Source of the DNA: an uncultured Sphaerobacteraceae bacterium
GTDB taxonomy: Bacteria; Chloroflexota; Chloroflexia; Thermomicrobiales; UBA6265
Length of the DNA stretch: 64,000 nt
Direction: 5' to 3'
Assembly (NCBI GenBank): GCA_964461025.1
Contig: CAYWSE010000014.1
Coordinates: 1,094-65,093 of the forward strand
Below, piece after piece: positions 17,635 to 27,255 of the stretch; position 1 is the stretch's first letter; each line of letters begins with the position of its first letter. Position numbers and translations under genes: made by a program. Below the pieces are notes generated by a model that saw only the letters and a program-made list of their open reading frames with translations, did no database searches and had not been told where the DNA came from.

Positions 17635-19863
17635 CTACATCACTGTTGGCGCTTCGATGCCGAGCAGGGCCAGCGCGTTTGCGAGCGTCACCCGTGTTGC
17701 ATCGACAAGCGCCAGGCGCGCGGTGCGCACCGGTTCCGGTGATTGCAGCACCGGACAGGCGTGATAGAAGTCGTTGAACCGCCGCGCCAGCTCGAACGCG
17801 TAATTGGCGATCAGCAATGGCCGGTACTGCTCAGCGGCGCGCTGCACTTCCTCCGGAAACTGGCCGAGTTGCTGCAGCAAACTGAGCTCGGATGGTTCGA
17901 TCGATCCGAAATCGAGGTGCAAGTCGCCTGTTTCGTCACTGGCGGAGCTGGCATCCCAACCGGCGTGTTCGAGAATGCGGCACGCTCTCGCGTGCGCGTA
18001 TTGGATGTAAGGCGCGGCGTGACCGTCGAAGGAGAGCGCTTCGTCGATATCGAAAACGACGATCTTGTTGTTGTCCCGGGCGAGCATGGCGTACTTCAGC
18101 GAACCGATGCCGACTTGCAAGGCGATCTTCTCTCGCTCTGATTCACTCAATGACGGGTTCTTCTCCGCGATGATCTGACGCGCTCGCTCGATGACCTGGG
18201 TGCGAATGTCGTCGTAGACGGGAGCGCGGCCCTTGCGGGAGGAAATCACACCTTCCGGCAAAACGACGATCTCGTAGGGAAGGTGATAGGCGTCTTTCGC
18301 CTGCGAGAATCCCCAGAGCTCGAGAATCTTGAAGATTTGCCGGAAGTAGAGCGACTGGCGAACATCAACGACCCAGATGGCGCGATCGATGTGATAGTCC
18401 TCGAACTTGCGTTTGGTGAGCGCCAGATCTTTGGTCGAGTAGAGGGAGGTGCCGTCCGATCGCAGAATCGGCAGGGTGCGGTAGACCTCTTCGCTCAGAC
18501 CAAGTTTGTCATCGATTCTGACCACAGCGGCGCCGTCGCTCATTTCGGCGATCCCGGCTTCGAGCAGTTCGGCGACGATGACTTTCCCTTCTTCTTCAAC
18601 CTGACTCTCGAAAAACCAGACGTCGAACGACGCCCCGAGCTCAGCGAAGATGCGGCGAAAATCCTCCAGACTCCATTCGCGCGTGGTGTCCCAGAGAGAG
18701 ACGAGCGCCGGATCATGCGCTTCCCATGCCTGGAAGGTTGCCTTGATCTCCTCTTTCCAGCCGGGATTCTGCGCCCACCAGTCGCGGTGAGCATCGAGCG
18801 CTTCCCACTGCTCCAGTCGTTCCTCCGGAGTCGACGTCGGCTCGATGTGTCCATTGGCGCCTTCTTCGGGAGGCGCGACAGGCTCGATCTCGGTTTCAGC
18901 TCGCAGGTAAGTTCCGAGCAAGGGCCAGAACTTCCCGATCGTGGCATCCTCGATGAGCTCGGATTCTTTCAGCTCTCCAGCTGTCGAGAACCTGCCCATG
19001 AGGTAGGCGATGTCCTCCGTGTGCGCGCCCTCGCGCCAGAGCAGCTTCAGGATCCGGTCGATCGATGTAGCGATATGCGGGTCGTCTTTGCTGACCTGGT
19101 TGAGCAGGTCCATGACGTCGTTGCGGTACTCGAGGCGGGCATCGGATTCGGCGTAGATCTGTCCAAGCCAGCGACCTCGCTCAGCGGGATCGGCCGGTTC
19201 CTCACCCTGATGAAAACGCTGATAACACCAGAGTGCTTTGATGACATGCATGCCGATGTCGCCGGGGTAGGTCGCCTCGGTGACCGGATAACCCGCTTTC
19301 GCCAGGATCTTGCCGATCGAGACGCCGAGCGCCGTGTTGCGCAGGTGGCCGATGTGAAAAACCTTGTGTGTGTTTGGCTGAGAGTGCTCGACCATGACCC
19401 GTTCCGGGCGGGCAGGGCCCTGACCGTAGTCCGGTCCTGAATCGAGAATCGTGCCAATCAGATTGGAAGCGACGTGGTTGGCGTCGAAGGTGATGTTGAC
19501 GTACCCGTTGACCGCCTCGACATTCGCGAAACGTCCGTCGGTGCGCAACGTTGCCGCAATCGCTTCGGAAATCTCCAGCGCTTTTGCGCGGGCACGTTCG
19601 CTGGTCAGCTTCTTGACTTCCTTTTTGGACTTGTCCTTCAGCTCTCCACTCGCCGCCAGTTGTTGCTGGACCTGCTCTCCGGCGAGCGCATGACTGACCG
19701 ACGTGGCGACGCCCCACGTTCCTTCAAAAGGAAGAGGGCGCAAATCGATCGAGATCCCGGAGCCAAGTCCGAGCGTCGCAATCGCAGACTCGAGCGACGC
19801 CCGGACCACGCTATCTCCGCCGGTAGCGTTTTTTGCCGGCTCTGCGACTGATTGTTCGTTCAT
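17635..19863 (-). CDS. argS: Arginine--tRNA ligase (long form, 742 aa)
   Basis: HIGH motif FHIGHLRNTALG, KMSKS-equivalent ISSRKGRA, and anticodon-binding tail APYIQYAHARACRIL. Start at ATG 19863 (MNEQSVAEP). Confidence 0.9.
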   Translation of the reverse strand: MNEQSVAEPAKNATGGDSVVRASLESAIATLGLGSGISIDLRPLPFEGTWGVATSVSHALAGEQVQQQLAASGELKDKSKKEVKKLTSERARAKALEISEAIAATLRTDGRFANVEAVNGYVNITFDANHVASNLIGTILDSGPDYGQGPARPERVMVEHSQPNTHKVFHIGHLRNTALGVSIGKILAKAGYPVTEATYPGDIGMHVIKALWCYQRFHQGEEPADPAERGRWLGQIYAESDARLEYRNDVMDLLNQVSKDDPHIATSIDRILKLLWREGAHTEDIAYLMGRFSTAGELKESELIEDATIGKFWPLLGTYLRAETEIEPVAPPEEGANGHIEPTSTPEERLEQWEALDAHRDWWAQNPGWKEEIKATFQAWEAHDPALVSLWDTTREWSLEDFRRIFAELGASFDVWFFESQVEEEGKVIVAELLEAGIAEMSDGAAVVRIDDKLGLSEEVYRTLPILRSDGTSLYSTKDLALTKRKFEDYHIDRAIWVVDVRQSLYFRQIFKILELWGFSQAKDAYHLPYEIVVLPEGVISSRKGRAPVYDDIRTQVIERARQIIAEKNPSLSESEREKIALQVGIGSLKYAMLARDNNKIVVFDIDEALSFDGHAAPYIQYAHARACRILEHAGWDASSASDETGDLHLDFGSIEPSELSLLQQLGQFPEEVQRAAEQYRPLLIANYAFELARRFNDFYHACPVLQSPEPVRTARLALVDATRVTLANALALLGIEAPTVM

Positions 19864-19981
19864 AAGCTCCAGTCCGTTGCGCGTACGTTGTTCGCGATCA
19901 GTCACGTTCGCCTCTGCTTCAGGGCGAGTCAGCATGAAGAGGATTCCGCGTTCTTGAGATGATTCGCCAGACCGATGGCAA

Positions 19982-20212
19982 TCAGTCGTTCCCTGAGGTG
20001 TTTCCTGGCCTGAGCAGCATAGCGACGCCCGCGAAGGCAATCACCATACCGGCGATGGCGCCAATCAGCTGTTTCCATCCGATACCTTCGCCACCACCGC
20101 TCACGCCGATCTCGTCGGCCAGAAGTGAGGTGACCGCGAGGAGAATACCCAGGATGATTGCTGCCACCGAGAGGAACCGGGAGGTAGAGGTGGCGTCCCG
20201 ATCTGTTGCCAC
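19982..20212 (-). CDS. Small two-TM hypothetical membrane protein
   Basis: 76-aa ORF with helices FLSVAAIILGILLAVTSLL and LIGAIAGMVIAFAGVAMLL, located upstream of argS. Confidence 0.4.
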   Translation of the reverse strand: MATDRDATSTSRFLSVAAIILGILLAVTSLLADEIGVSGGGEGIGWKQLIGAIAGMVIAFAGVAMLLRPGNTSGND

Positions 20213-20655
20213 ACGGAACTCCAGGCGGGAATCCGAATCGACTCGCTAGATGTGCGAAAAACCCGGCAACGCAAGGTGTTTCCAGCATCGCACCGTACGA
20301 CGTATTCGCCAGCAAGTGTATCATGCGCCCAACATTCGCCGGCATCTGGCGGCGAGGAGGAGAGGGCGGAATCGTACGACTGGCGGAGAGGGCAACGGCC
20401 AGGTCATGGAAGTTGCCCGCATGGGCACGTTGCGTAACGACAGACTTGCGGTCGCGGCGTGCAAAACCGGTTGGTCGTATAATGCGGGCGATTCCTCCCG
20501 TTCTCTTAAAAGGGGTTTGGGGTTCAGTAGTTCTGGGATGTTCCACCAACGGCGACAACGCTCACGAGTGAGCGGACGTGATGACTGGAAAGACAACGGG
20601 TTGTGCGGCCTGGCGAGTTGGTGTGTCTGGTCGAGATGGGAGCATGGGAGGCGTG

Positions 20656-21858
20656 ATGCTGCGGGGTAGTCAACGATCGGCGCGGCGAACCACGGCACGG
20701 CTGATTTTTCTTGCGATGGCCATGCTGGCCGTCGGCGGAGCGATCCTTCCATCGATCGTCAGCGCTCAGAGTCAGAGTCCTTATTCCACAGTCTCGCCCG
20801 TCACCGATCAGGCGAACGACATTCAGGACATCTACAAGCTGACATTCTGGTTGGCCCTGATCGTGTTCGTCGGTGTTCAGATCGGCATCGTTTACACGGT
20901 GCTCAGATACCGGCGGCGACCCGGTGACGAAAGCCGGCCCGAACAAATTCACGGCCACAAGACCCTCGAGATCATTTGGACAATCATCCCGGCCATCATT
21001 CTGCTGGTGATTTTCATTCCGACGGTGCGCACGATCTATGCCCACGACGAACAGACTGAGAACCCTGATCTGGTCGTCGAGGTCTACGGCAAGCAGTGGT
21101 GGTGGGAAGTGCACTACCCGGCCGAAGATGGGCAGGTCGAGGTGGTCACCGCGAACGAGATTCGCGTGCCGCAAGGAAAGCGAGTCGTTTTCCATCTCTT
21201 CACGAACAACGTCATCCACTCATTCTGGGTGCCTCAGCTAAGCGGCAAGATGGACCTGATGCCGGGTCACACGAACAAGCTGGCGATCGACACCGATACG
21301 CCCGGCTATTACTTCGGGCAATGTGCGGAGTTTTGCGGTGATTCCCACGCGCTGATGCGATTCAAGGTGATCGTCGAGCCGGAAGAACAGTTCCTCGCCT
21401 GGCAGGAGGCCTGGAGAGCCGGGCCGACCCAGGCGTCGGGCGATCTCGCGGGTGGCGACCTTACCGCTGTTCCGCAATCGCTGGCACTCTGCATGACCTG
21501 CCACGAAATCAACGGCGCTGAAACGGTCGCCGGGGGCAATGCGGTGCCAGATCTGCCGGAAGCGCTCGATGCGGCTCGCACGTTCGGGCCGAATCTGACG
21601 CTCCTCGGCTGCCGGACGACGATTGCGTCAGGAACGCTTACCAATACGGATGAGAACCTCACCGCCTGGCTGCACGACCCGGATGGCATCAAACCGGGCA
21701 ACTATATGGGCACGGTGATTACGCCAGGTTCGCTGACGGACGAACAAATCCAGGAGATCGTTGCGTATCTCGGTTCACTCACACCGGAAGGCGGTTGTCC
21801 GGAGATCCCGGTTCAACCCGGAGTCAGCGAGCAGGTACAGGTCACTGATCCGGACTAG
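20656..21858 (+). CDS. ctaC: Cytochrome c oxidase subunit II with fused C-terminal cytochrome c domain (caa3-type)
   Basis: CuA site CAEFCGDSHALM, two N-terminal TM helices, and C-terminal CMTCHEING (CxxCH). Start ATG 20656 preceded by GGGAGG. The ORF extends to 20578. Confidence 0.9.
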   Translation: MLRGSQRSARRTTARLIFLAMAMLAVGGAILPSIVSAQSQSPYSTVSPVTDQANDIQDIYKLTFWLALIVFVGVQIGIVYTVLRYRRRPGDESRPEQIHGHKTLEIIWTIIPAIILLVIFIPTVRTIYAHDEQTENPDLVVEVYGKQWWWEVHYPAEDGQVEVVTANEIRVPQGKRVVFHLFTNNVIHSFWVPQLSGKMDLMPGHTNKLAIDTDTPGYYFGQCAEFCGDSHALMRFKVIVEPEEQFLAWQEAWRAGPTQASGDLAGGDLTAVPQSLALCMTCHEINGAETVAGGNAVPDLPEALDAARTFGPNLTLLGCRTTIASGTLTNTDENLTAWLHDPDGIKPGNYMGTVITPGSLTDEQIQEIVAYLGSLTPEGGCPEIPVQPGVSEQVQVTDPD

Positions 21859-21937
21859 GCTGGCCGGATCGGCGAGAAACGACATTTACGGGAGAGCAGA
21901 CGTCGCGCACGCGGGGTTGCACAGGTAGGAGCGGAAC

Positions 21938-23836
21938 ATGGCATCGATTGCCCAGCCACAGGTGATGGCACAACCCGTCACCAAGCCGAATACCGGCATC
22001 TGGAGCTGGTTGACCACGATCGATCACAAGCGGATCGGTTTGCTCTATGGCGTGTCCGCCTTCCTTTTCCTGCTCCTCGGCGGCGTCGAGGCGCTGATCA
22101 TCCGAATGCAGCTTTCGCGGCCTGATCTCGACGTTGTCAGCGCGCAGCGCTACAACGAGCTCTTCACAATGCACGGCACCACGATGATCTTCCTCGCCGT
22201 CATGCCGATGAGCTCCGCCTTCTTCAACTACATCGTGCCGCTTCAAATCGGAGCTCGTGACGTCGCGTTCCCAAGGCTGAATGCGTTCAGCTATTGGGTC
22301 TTTCTCGCGGGCGCAGTCATTCTGAACATGTCGTGGTTCTTTAGCGCGGCGCCGAACGCGGGCTGGTATGGCTATTCGCCGCTCACTTCGACGGCCTGGA
22401 ACCCGGGCCGGAATGTCGATTTCTGGTTGATTGGCCTGCAAGTGCTTGGTGTCGCATCGATGGCGGCGGCATTCAACTTCGCCGTAACAATCATCAATAT
22501 GCGCGCGCCAGGCATGTCGATGCTGCGCATGCCGATCTTCACCTGGACGACTCTGATCGTTTCGATCCTCATCGTGATGGCGTTTCCCGCGATCACCGCG
22601 GCGCTGATTCTGCTCGGATTCGACCGCTTCGCCGGGACCGGTTTCTACGAGTATGCGGCCGGGGGCGATCCGCTGCTCTGGCAACACCTCTTCTGGGTCT
22701 TCGGGCACCCCGAGGTGTACATCTTGATTCTCCCGGCCTTCGGCATCGTGTCCGAAATCATCCCGGTTTTCTCGCGCAAGCCGCTGTTCGGTTATTCGGT
22801 GATGGTCTATGCCACGGCGGCGATCGCCTTTCTTGGCTTCGGCGTGTGGGCGCACCACATGTTCACCGTGGGCATGGGACCGACCGCGAACGCCGTCTTC
22901 GCCGGCAGTACGATGCTCATCGCCATTCCCACCGGTGTGAAGATCTTCAACTGGATGGGAACGATGTATAAGGGGTCGCTGCGGTTCACGACAGCGATGC
23001 TCTTCGCGGTCGGACTCGTTTCACAGTTCGTGATCGGAGGACTCTCCGGCGTCATGCACGCATCGCCGCCAGTCGACTCCCAACACAACGACTCTTACTT
23101 CGTCGTTGCGCACTTCCATTACGTTCTCTTCGGCGGCGCGATTTTCGGTTTGCTGGCCGGCATCTACTACTGGTTCCCGAAATTCTCCGGCAAGCTGCTC
23201 GACGAGGGGCTTGGCAAGTGGCATTTCTGGTTGACCTTCCTCGGATTCAACCTGACGTTTTTCCCGATGCACTTTGTCGGACTGGCCGGGATGCCGCGTC
23301 GCTACTTCACGTATGCGGAAGACAGCGGATGGGGTCAGTGGAATCTGGTCATCACCATCGGCGCATTCATTCTGGCTTTCTCGTTCGTGGTCTTCATCAT
23401 CAACGTCATGAAGTCGCTGCGATCGGGCGAAGTCGCCGGCAACGATCCATGGGATGCGGCAACCGCCGAGTGGATGATTCCGTCGCCGCCACCCGTGTAC
23501 AACTTCGCGACGATTCCCACGTTCACGCACCGCGATCAACTCTGGTGGGACAAATATGGCTCGCACGATCCGTCGGACCATCAGCCGACAGCGCAGGTTC
23601 ACAGCGCTCAGGCCCATGCTGACAGCGGCGATGAACACGCTGAGCACATTCACTTGCCGAACCCATCCTACTTCCCGCTTCTGGCCGCCGTCGGTTTCTT
23701 CATCATGGGATTGGGACTGCTGCTCGATAATCCGACCCTGACCATCGGTCTGTTGCATCTCCCTGTTTTGGTGGCTTTGGGCGGTTTGATCATGATCGTG
23801 TCGATTTACGCCTGGGCCTTCGAGCCAGCGGGTTAA
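21938..23836 (+). CDS. ctaD: Cytochrome c oxidase subunit I
   Basis: WLTTIDHKRIGLLY, GHPEVYILILPAFG and WAHHMFTVGM are canonical heme-copper oxidase subunit I motifs. Confidence 0.95.
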   Translation: MASIAQPQVMAQPVTKPNTGIWSWLTTIDHKRIGLLYGVSAFLFLLLGGVEALIIRMQLSRPDLDVVSAQRYNELFTMHGTTMIFLAVMPMSSAFFNYIVPLQIGARDVAFPRLNAFSYWVFLAGAVILNMSWFFSAAPNAGWYGYSPLTSTAWNPGRNVDFWLIGLQVLGVASMAAAFNFAVTIINMRAPGMSMLRMPIFTWTTLIVSILIVMAFPAITAALILLGFDRFAGTGFYEYAAGGDPLLWQHLFWVFGHPEVYILILPAFGIVSEIIPVFSRKPLFGYSVMVYATAAIAFLGFGVWAHHMFTVGMGPTANAVFAGSTMLIAIPTGVKIFNWMGTMYKGSLRFTTAMLFAVGLVSQFVIGGLSGVMHASPPVDSQHNDSYFVVAHFHYVLFGGAIFGLLAGIYYWFPKFSGKLLDEGLGKWHFWLTFLGFNLTFFPMHFVGLAGMPRRYFTYAEDSGWGQWNLVITIGAFILAFSFVVFIINVMKSLRSGEVAGNDPWDAATAEWMIPSPPPVYNFATIPTFTHRDQLWWDKYGSHDPSDHQPTAQVHSAQAHADSGDEHAEHIHLPNPSYFPLLAAVGFFIMGLGLLLDNPTLTIGLLHLPVLVALGGLIMIVSIYAWAFEPAG

Positions 23837-23871
23837 GAAACGCGGCGAGGGCGTTCAGAGGAGGGATCGCA

Positions 23872-24609
23872 TTGGCTCAGGCAGTTGCCACACTCGAAAC
23901 CGCACACGGGGCTGGAGAGTCCCATGCCGGCGGTCACGATCATTCCGGTCATCCACCGACCAGCACCGGGCTCGACAGCCGGAAGCTGGCAATGTGGGCT
24001 TTCCTGGCATCGGACTGCATGTTCTTCGGCTCGCTGATTGCGATGTACATGATCTATCGTGGCGAAGCCGAGCGGCTTTTCCTGGCGGGGCAGGGCGTTG
24101 GCCCGCTGCCGCATGAGATTCTCGACATCCCCTACACGTCGATCAGTGCGTTCGTGCTGCTGATGAGTTCGCTGACGATGGTTCTGGCTTTGGCGTCGAT
24201 TCAGAAAGGGAACGTGCGCGGACTTCGCATTTGGCTGGCGGCGACGGCTCTGCTTGGTGCGGTCTTCCTCGGTGGGCAGTTCTTCGAGTTCACCGCGTTC
24301 AAGCATGAAGGGCTCGGACTGACCACCAATATCTTCGGAAGCTCGTTCTTCACGCTCACCGGTTTCCACGGCGCGCACGTGACGATCGGCGTGATCTGGC
24401 TGGTTTCCCTGCTGATCGTTTCACTGCGAGGCGGCATTCGCAAGGACCAGGCGCTGAACGTCGAAATCGCCGGGCTTTACTGGCACTTCGTCGACATCGT
24501 CTGGATCGTCATCTTCACACTCGTCTATCTGGTCCCGTACGACGATATTCAATCCATTTCGCATGAGGCCGAGGAGGCGCTTCGCCTCATTGGCATCGGA
24601 CTCGGTTAG
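23872..24609 (+). CDS. ctaE: Cytochrome c oxidase subunit III
   Basis: TTG start at 23872 with GAGGAGGG upstream. FFTLTGFHGAHVTIGVIWL and YWHFVDIVWIVIF motifs. Confidence 0.9.
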   Translation: MAQAVATLETAHGAGESHAGGHDHSGHPPTSTGLDSRKLAMWAFLASDCMFFGSLIAMYMIYRGEAERLFLAGQGVGPLPHEILDIPYTSISAFVLLMSSLTMVLALASIQKGNVRGLRIWLAATALLGAVFLGGQFFEFTAFKHEGLGLTTNIFGSSFFTLTGFHGAHVTIGVIWLVSLLIVSLRGGIRKDQALNVEIAGLYWHFVDIVWIVIFTLVYLVPYDDIQSISHEAEEALRLIGIGLG

Positions 24610-24630
24610 GCCAGGAAGGGGAGAACGGCA

Positions 24631-24978
24631 ATGACGCATGGAGCACTGGCTGCGACCGATCACGGCGAGCACGAACATCCCAGCGAGAAGAAGTACATTC
24701 AGGTCGCGATCTTTCTGACGATCGTCACGATCATCGAGGTCGCGATCTACTATGTCGACTGGATGCATGATTCGGGTGTGCTCGTCCCGTTGCTTTTCGT
24801 ATTGTCGATCTTCAAGTTCGTCACAGTTGTCGGCTATTTCATGCACCTGAAGTTCGATGCACCTCTTTTCAAATACATCTTCATTGCAGCCTTGGTTGGA
24901 TCGCTGGCAGTGATCGGCGCGCTGATTGCTCTGCTCTCAGTGCATCGGACCGACTACGGAGTCTCCGGGCTGTTCTAG
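24631..24978 (+). CDS. ctaF: Cytochrome c oxidase subunit IV (prokaryotic CtaF/CoxIV family)
   Basis: 115-aa three-TM protein directly after ctaE. KKYIQVAIFLTIVTIIEVAIYY and VVGYFMHLKFD are typical. Confidence 0.75.
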   Translation: MTHGALAATDHGEHEHPSEKKYIQVAIFLTIVTIIEVAIYYVDWMHDSGVLVPLLFVLSIFKFVTVVGYFMHLKFDAPLFKYIFIAALVGSLAVIGALIALLSVHRTDYGVSGLF

Positions 24979-25040
24979 CTCCGGTGCGAGGCGTTCCGGG
25001 CCGGCCGCGATTCTGAGCCGCTCAACCGGCGGCGAGAGAA

Positions 25041-25940
25041 GTGATTCCATTCGTTATGATCTGGCCCATTCTTCATGGCGGCGAAGGTTTTCCCACCGGA
25101 TGGCTGCATAGTGACTGGCGGATCGATCCAATAGTCGCCGTTGTGGCGTTCGTCATCGCTGCCGGATACATCCTCTATACCGGAACCTTCAACAGGAAAC
25201 GCCCTGATGCCCGCGAGCGAGTTGTTAGCGGGAGCCAGCAAACAGCATTCCTGCTCGGATGTCTGGCATTTCTGATCGCGCTGGGGCCGCCAATCGATGA
25301 CTGGGCAGACAAGTATCTGCTCAGCGCGCACATGCTCCAGCACATGATCCTGATGTATGTGGTGGCGCCGCTCTGGCTGTATGGCACTCCGGCATGGTTG
25401 CTGGAGCCGTTGACGAAGCATCCTTGGCTGAACCGCGCCGGATATGCGTTGACGCGGCCCGTGCCGGCGCTGCTGATTTCGAATGCCATCATCATCTTCT
25501 GGCACATTCCAGGCGTCTACGACCGGGCCTTGCAGTCGGAACCGGTGCATGTGCTGCAACATGGCTCGTTTCTGCTGGCGGCGTTGCTCGCCTGGTGGTC
25601 GGTGCTGAGTCCTCTCCCAGCCTGGCCGAAATTGCCTGAACCGCTCCAGTGCGTCTACCTCTTTCTGATAAGTCTCCCCGGCGGCCTGGTGGGTGCCTTC
25701 ATCACCTTCGCTGCTGTACCCTTCTATCACTTTTATGCGAATTCGCCGCGTATTTTTGGCATCGATCTGGAGGTCGATCAGCAACTTGCCGGACTGATGA
25801 TGTGGGTTGGCGGCAGTACGATCTATTTCCTGTGGATCTCCAGCATCTTTCTGCGATGGGGGCGCCGCGCCGACGAACAGGAACATGGCACGCTCTCGAT
25901 TCCGCCGACGTCCGATCCCGCGCACGTCAGGAGCCAGTAG
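25041..25940 (+). CDS. ctaG: Cytochrome c oxidase assembly factor CtaG (Bacillus/caa3 type)
   Basis: Multi-TM protein with HMLQHMILMYVVAPLWLYG and IIFWHIPGVYD. GTG start at 25041. Operon position after ctaF. Confidence 0.75.
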   Translation: MIPFVMIWPILHGGEGFPTGWLHSDWRIDPIVAVVAFVIAAGYILYTGTFNRKRPDARERVVSGSQQTAFLLGCLAFLIALGPPIDDWADKYLLSAHMLQHMILMYVVAPLWLYGTPAWLLEPLTKHPWLNRAGYALTRPVPALLISNAIIIFWHIPGVYDRALQSEPVHVLQHGSFLLAALLAWWSVLSPLPAWPKLPEPLQCVYLFLISLPGGLVGAFITFAAVPFYHFYANSPRIFGIDLEVDQQLAGLMMWVGGSTIYFLWISSIFLRWGRRADEQEHGTLSIPPTSDPAHVRSQ

Positions 25941-25960
25941 GCCGATGGAGTGTTGTGACG

Positions 25961-26329
25961 ATGTCATCCGAACGCAAACCCGGTCCGGATCGGCCGGATC
26001 AGACCGACGACGACAGAGCCACCGTTTGGGGATTCATCTGGGTGCTCTTCGCATTCAAGTTCCTGACCGTGGCCGCGACAATCTGGGCGGCGGGGTTGAC
26101 GTCGGAAGCGACCTACATCCTCTCCATTACCACATGGCCATGGCTTATTATTCCGGCAATTGCGTTTTCTGGAACGTTGCTGTATCAGTTCCGGGTTCGG
26201 CGCGTAAGGCGGCGACGGGCGAGCTTGCAGCTATCGGAGTGGATGATCGGGGCGGACCCGCAATCGGGACGATCTGTTCCGGCGGTGGTGATCGGGAGCA
26301 CAGGAGAGAAGCACGAGCATGGCGATTGA
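25961..26329 (+). CDS. Small hypothetical membrane protein (cox-operon associated)
   Basis: ATG 25961 (MSSERKPGPDRPDQTDDD), two TM helices (VWGFIWVLFAFKFLTVAATIWAAGL; ITTWPWLIIPAIAFSGTLLY) and a basic stretch RVRRVRRRR. Confidence 0.55.
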   Translation: MSSERKPGPDRPDQTDDDRATVWGFIWVLFAFKFLTVAATIWAAGLTSEATYILSITTWPWLIIPAIAFSGTLLYQFRVRRVRRRRASLQLSEWMIGADPQSGRSVPAVVIGSTGEKHEHGD

Positions 26330-26954
26330 GTATGTAGGCATCCGGTTTATTCGGCCCCTCGTTGTCTTTCTTGTGGCCGCGGTGCTGGTCGGTGGGGCGA
26401 TCGTGCTGATCGGCGAAACGCTTTTGAATGTGCACGACGCGCATTTCACCAGTGAGCTGAAACGCAAAGAGTTGTGGTTGGGTGTCGGTCTCACCGTCGG
26501 CATTCTCGCGATTGCGTCCTTTCTGGCGACCCGTCCCAAAGACTCGCTTGGTCCGCTGGATGACGACGTCGCGATCGGTTCCAAGCCGATGCGCGGCGAG
26601 ATTTCGGCAAGTGTGGCCAATCCCTACCTGACGCAGGGAGCACCTGGAGTGGTCGCCGATATTGCCCCCGGATACACGCTCAACGCGCGGAATGGCGAAT
26701 TTGCTCAGGTTGTCGATGTGCTCCAGAGCGTCGAGGATGTCGGTTCGAGGCAGCGGACGCTGATCTTCGCCCGGGGATTACATGGCGTGTCGGACGAGCT
26801 CTGGATCCCCATCGAGGCGGTCACCGCGGTCTTTCCAGACACGCAGACGGCCTACCTGGCCGTTTCGGGCGACGAATCGGAATCGCTCGGCTGGAATCTG
26901 CCGCCGGCCAGCTTCAGTCGCATCGAGCGACCGAAGGAAACCCCGCTTTACTAG
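26319..26954 (+). CDS. Hypothetical membrane protein with soluble C-terminal domain (cox-operon associated)
   Basis: Overlaps the previous gene by 11 nt. Two TM helices (IRPLVVFLVAAVLVGGAIVLIG; LWLGVGLTVGILAIASFLA), then a ~130-aa soluble domain. Confidence 0.6.
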   Translation: MAIEYVGIRFIRPLVVFLVAAVLVGGAIVLIGETLLNVHDAHFTSELKRKELWLGVGLTVGILAIASFLATRPKDSLGPLDDDVAIGSKPMRGEISASVANPYLTQGAPGVVADIAPGYTLNARNGEFAQVVDVLQSVEDVGSRQRTLIFARGLHGVSDELWIPIEAVTAVFPDTQTAYLAVSGDESESLGWNLPPASFSRIERPKETPLY

Positions 26955-27068
26955 TCGCAGGGCGTAGCATCCGGCTCCGTGCCGGTGAATCGCCGCACAG
27001 GTTAAAACCTGTGGCTAAGGTTGAGAAGTCCTTTCGGGACTAGCTGCCCGCATTCCGCAATTGTCCAA

Positions 27069-27172
27069 GATGCGCCGGGCGCACCGCTGTGCGCGGCTAC
27101 AGTGATCGGCTTGGCGTGTCGGGATTTGAACGCCGTCTGGGATGCGCCTGGCGCACCGCTGTGCGCGGCTAC
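27069..27172 (+). repeat. Two direct copies of a 32-nt palindrome-containing repeat, 72 nt apart
   Basis: gatgcgccgggcgcaccgctgtgcgcggctac (27069-27100) and gatgcgcctggcgcaccgctgtgcgcggctac (27141-27172), 31/32 identical. Each holds the palindromes gcgcc.ggcgc and gcgcac-cgct-gtgcgc. Confidence 0.85.
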
Positions 27173-27255
27173 GGAGTCCGGCCATCGGCCTACGACCTTC
27201 GGTCTGCATTCCTCGGACTTCGGACCGCGATTTGGGAACCTGCGATAATCCGCGC

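Noticed and set aside
19864-19981. T-box leader upstream of argS
   Set aside because: Only a small hairpin (tcgcc...ggcga) is present. I see no T-box consensus sequence (…GGUGGNACCGCG-like) or specifier/antiterminator architecture, and the spacer is too short.
21842-22858. 338-aa antisense ORF inside ctaD. Similar cases: 18283..19440 antisense to argS, 61626..62654 antisense to the MalG-like permease, 24975..25967 antisense to ctaG, 53929..54705 antisense to the NnrS-like gene.
   Set aside because: All lie opposite genes with unambiguous conserved motifs. All have His/Arg/Asp-rich low-complexity translations, the expected high-GC artefact.
27069-27172. Possible CRISPR array (32-nt repeats with ~40-nt spacer)
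   Set aside because: There are only two copies. The repeat is itself a double palindrome typical of REP-like elements. No cas genes or leader are present in the window.
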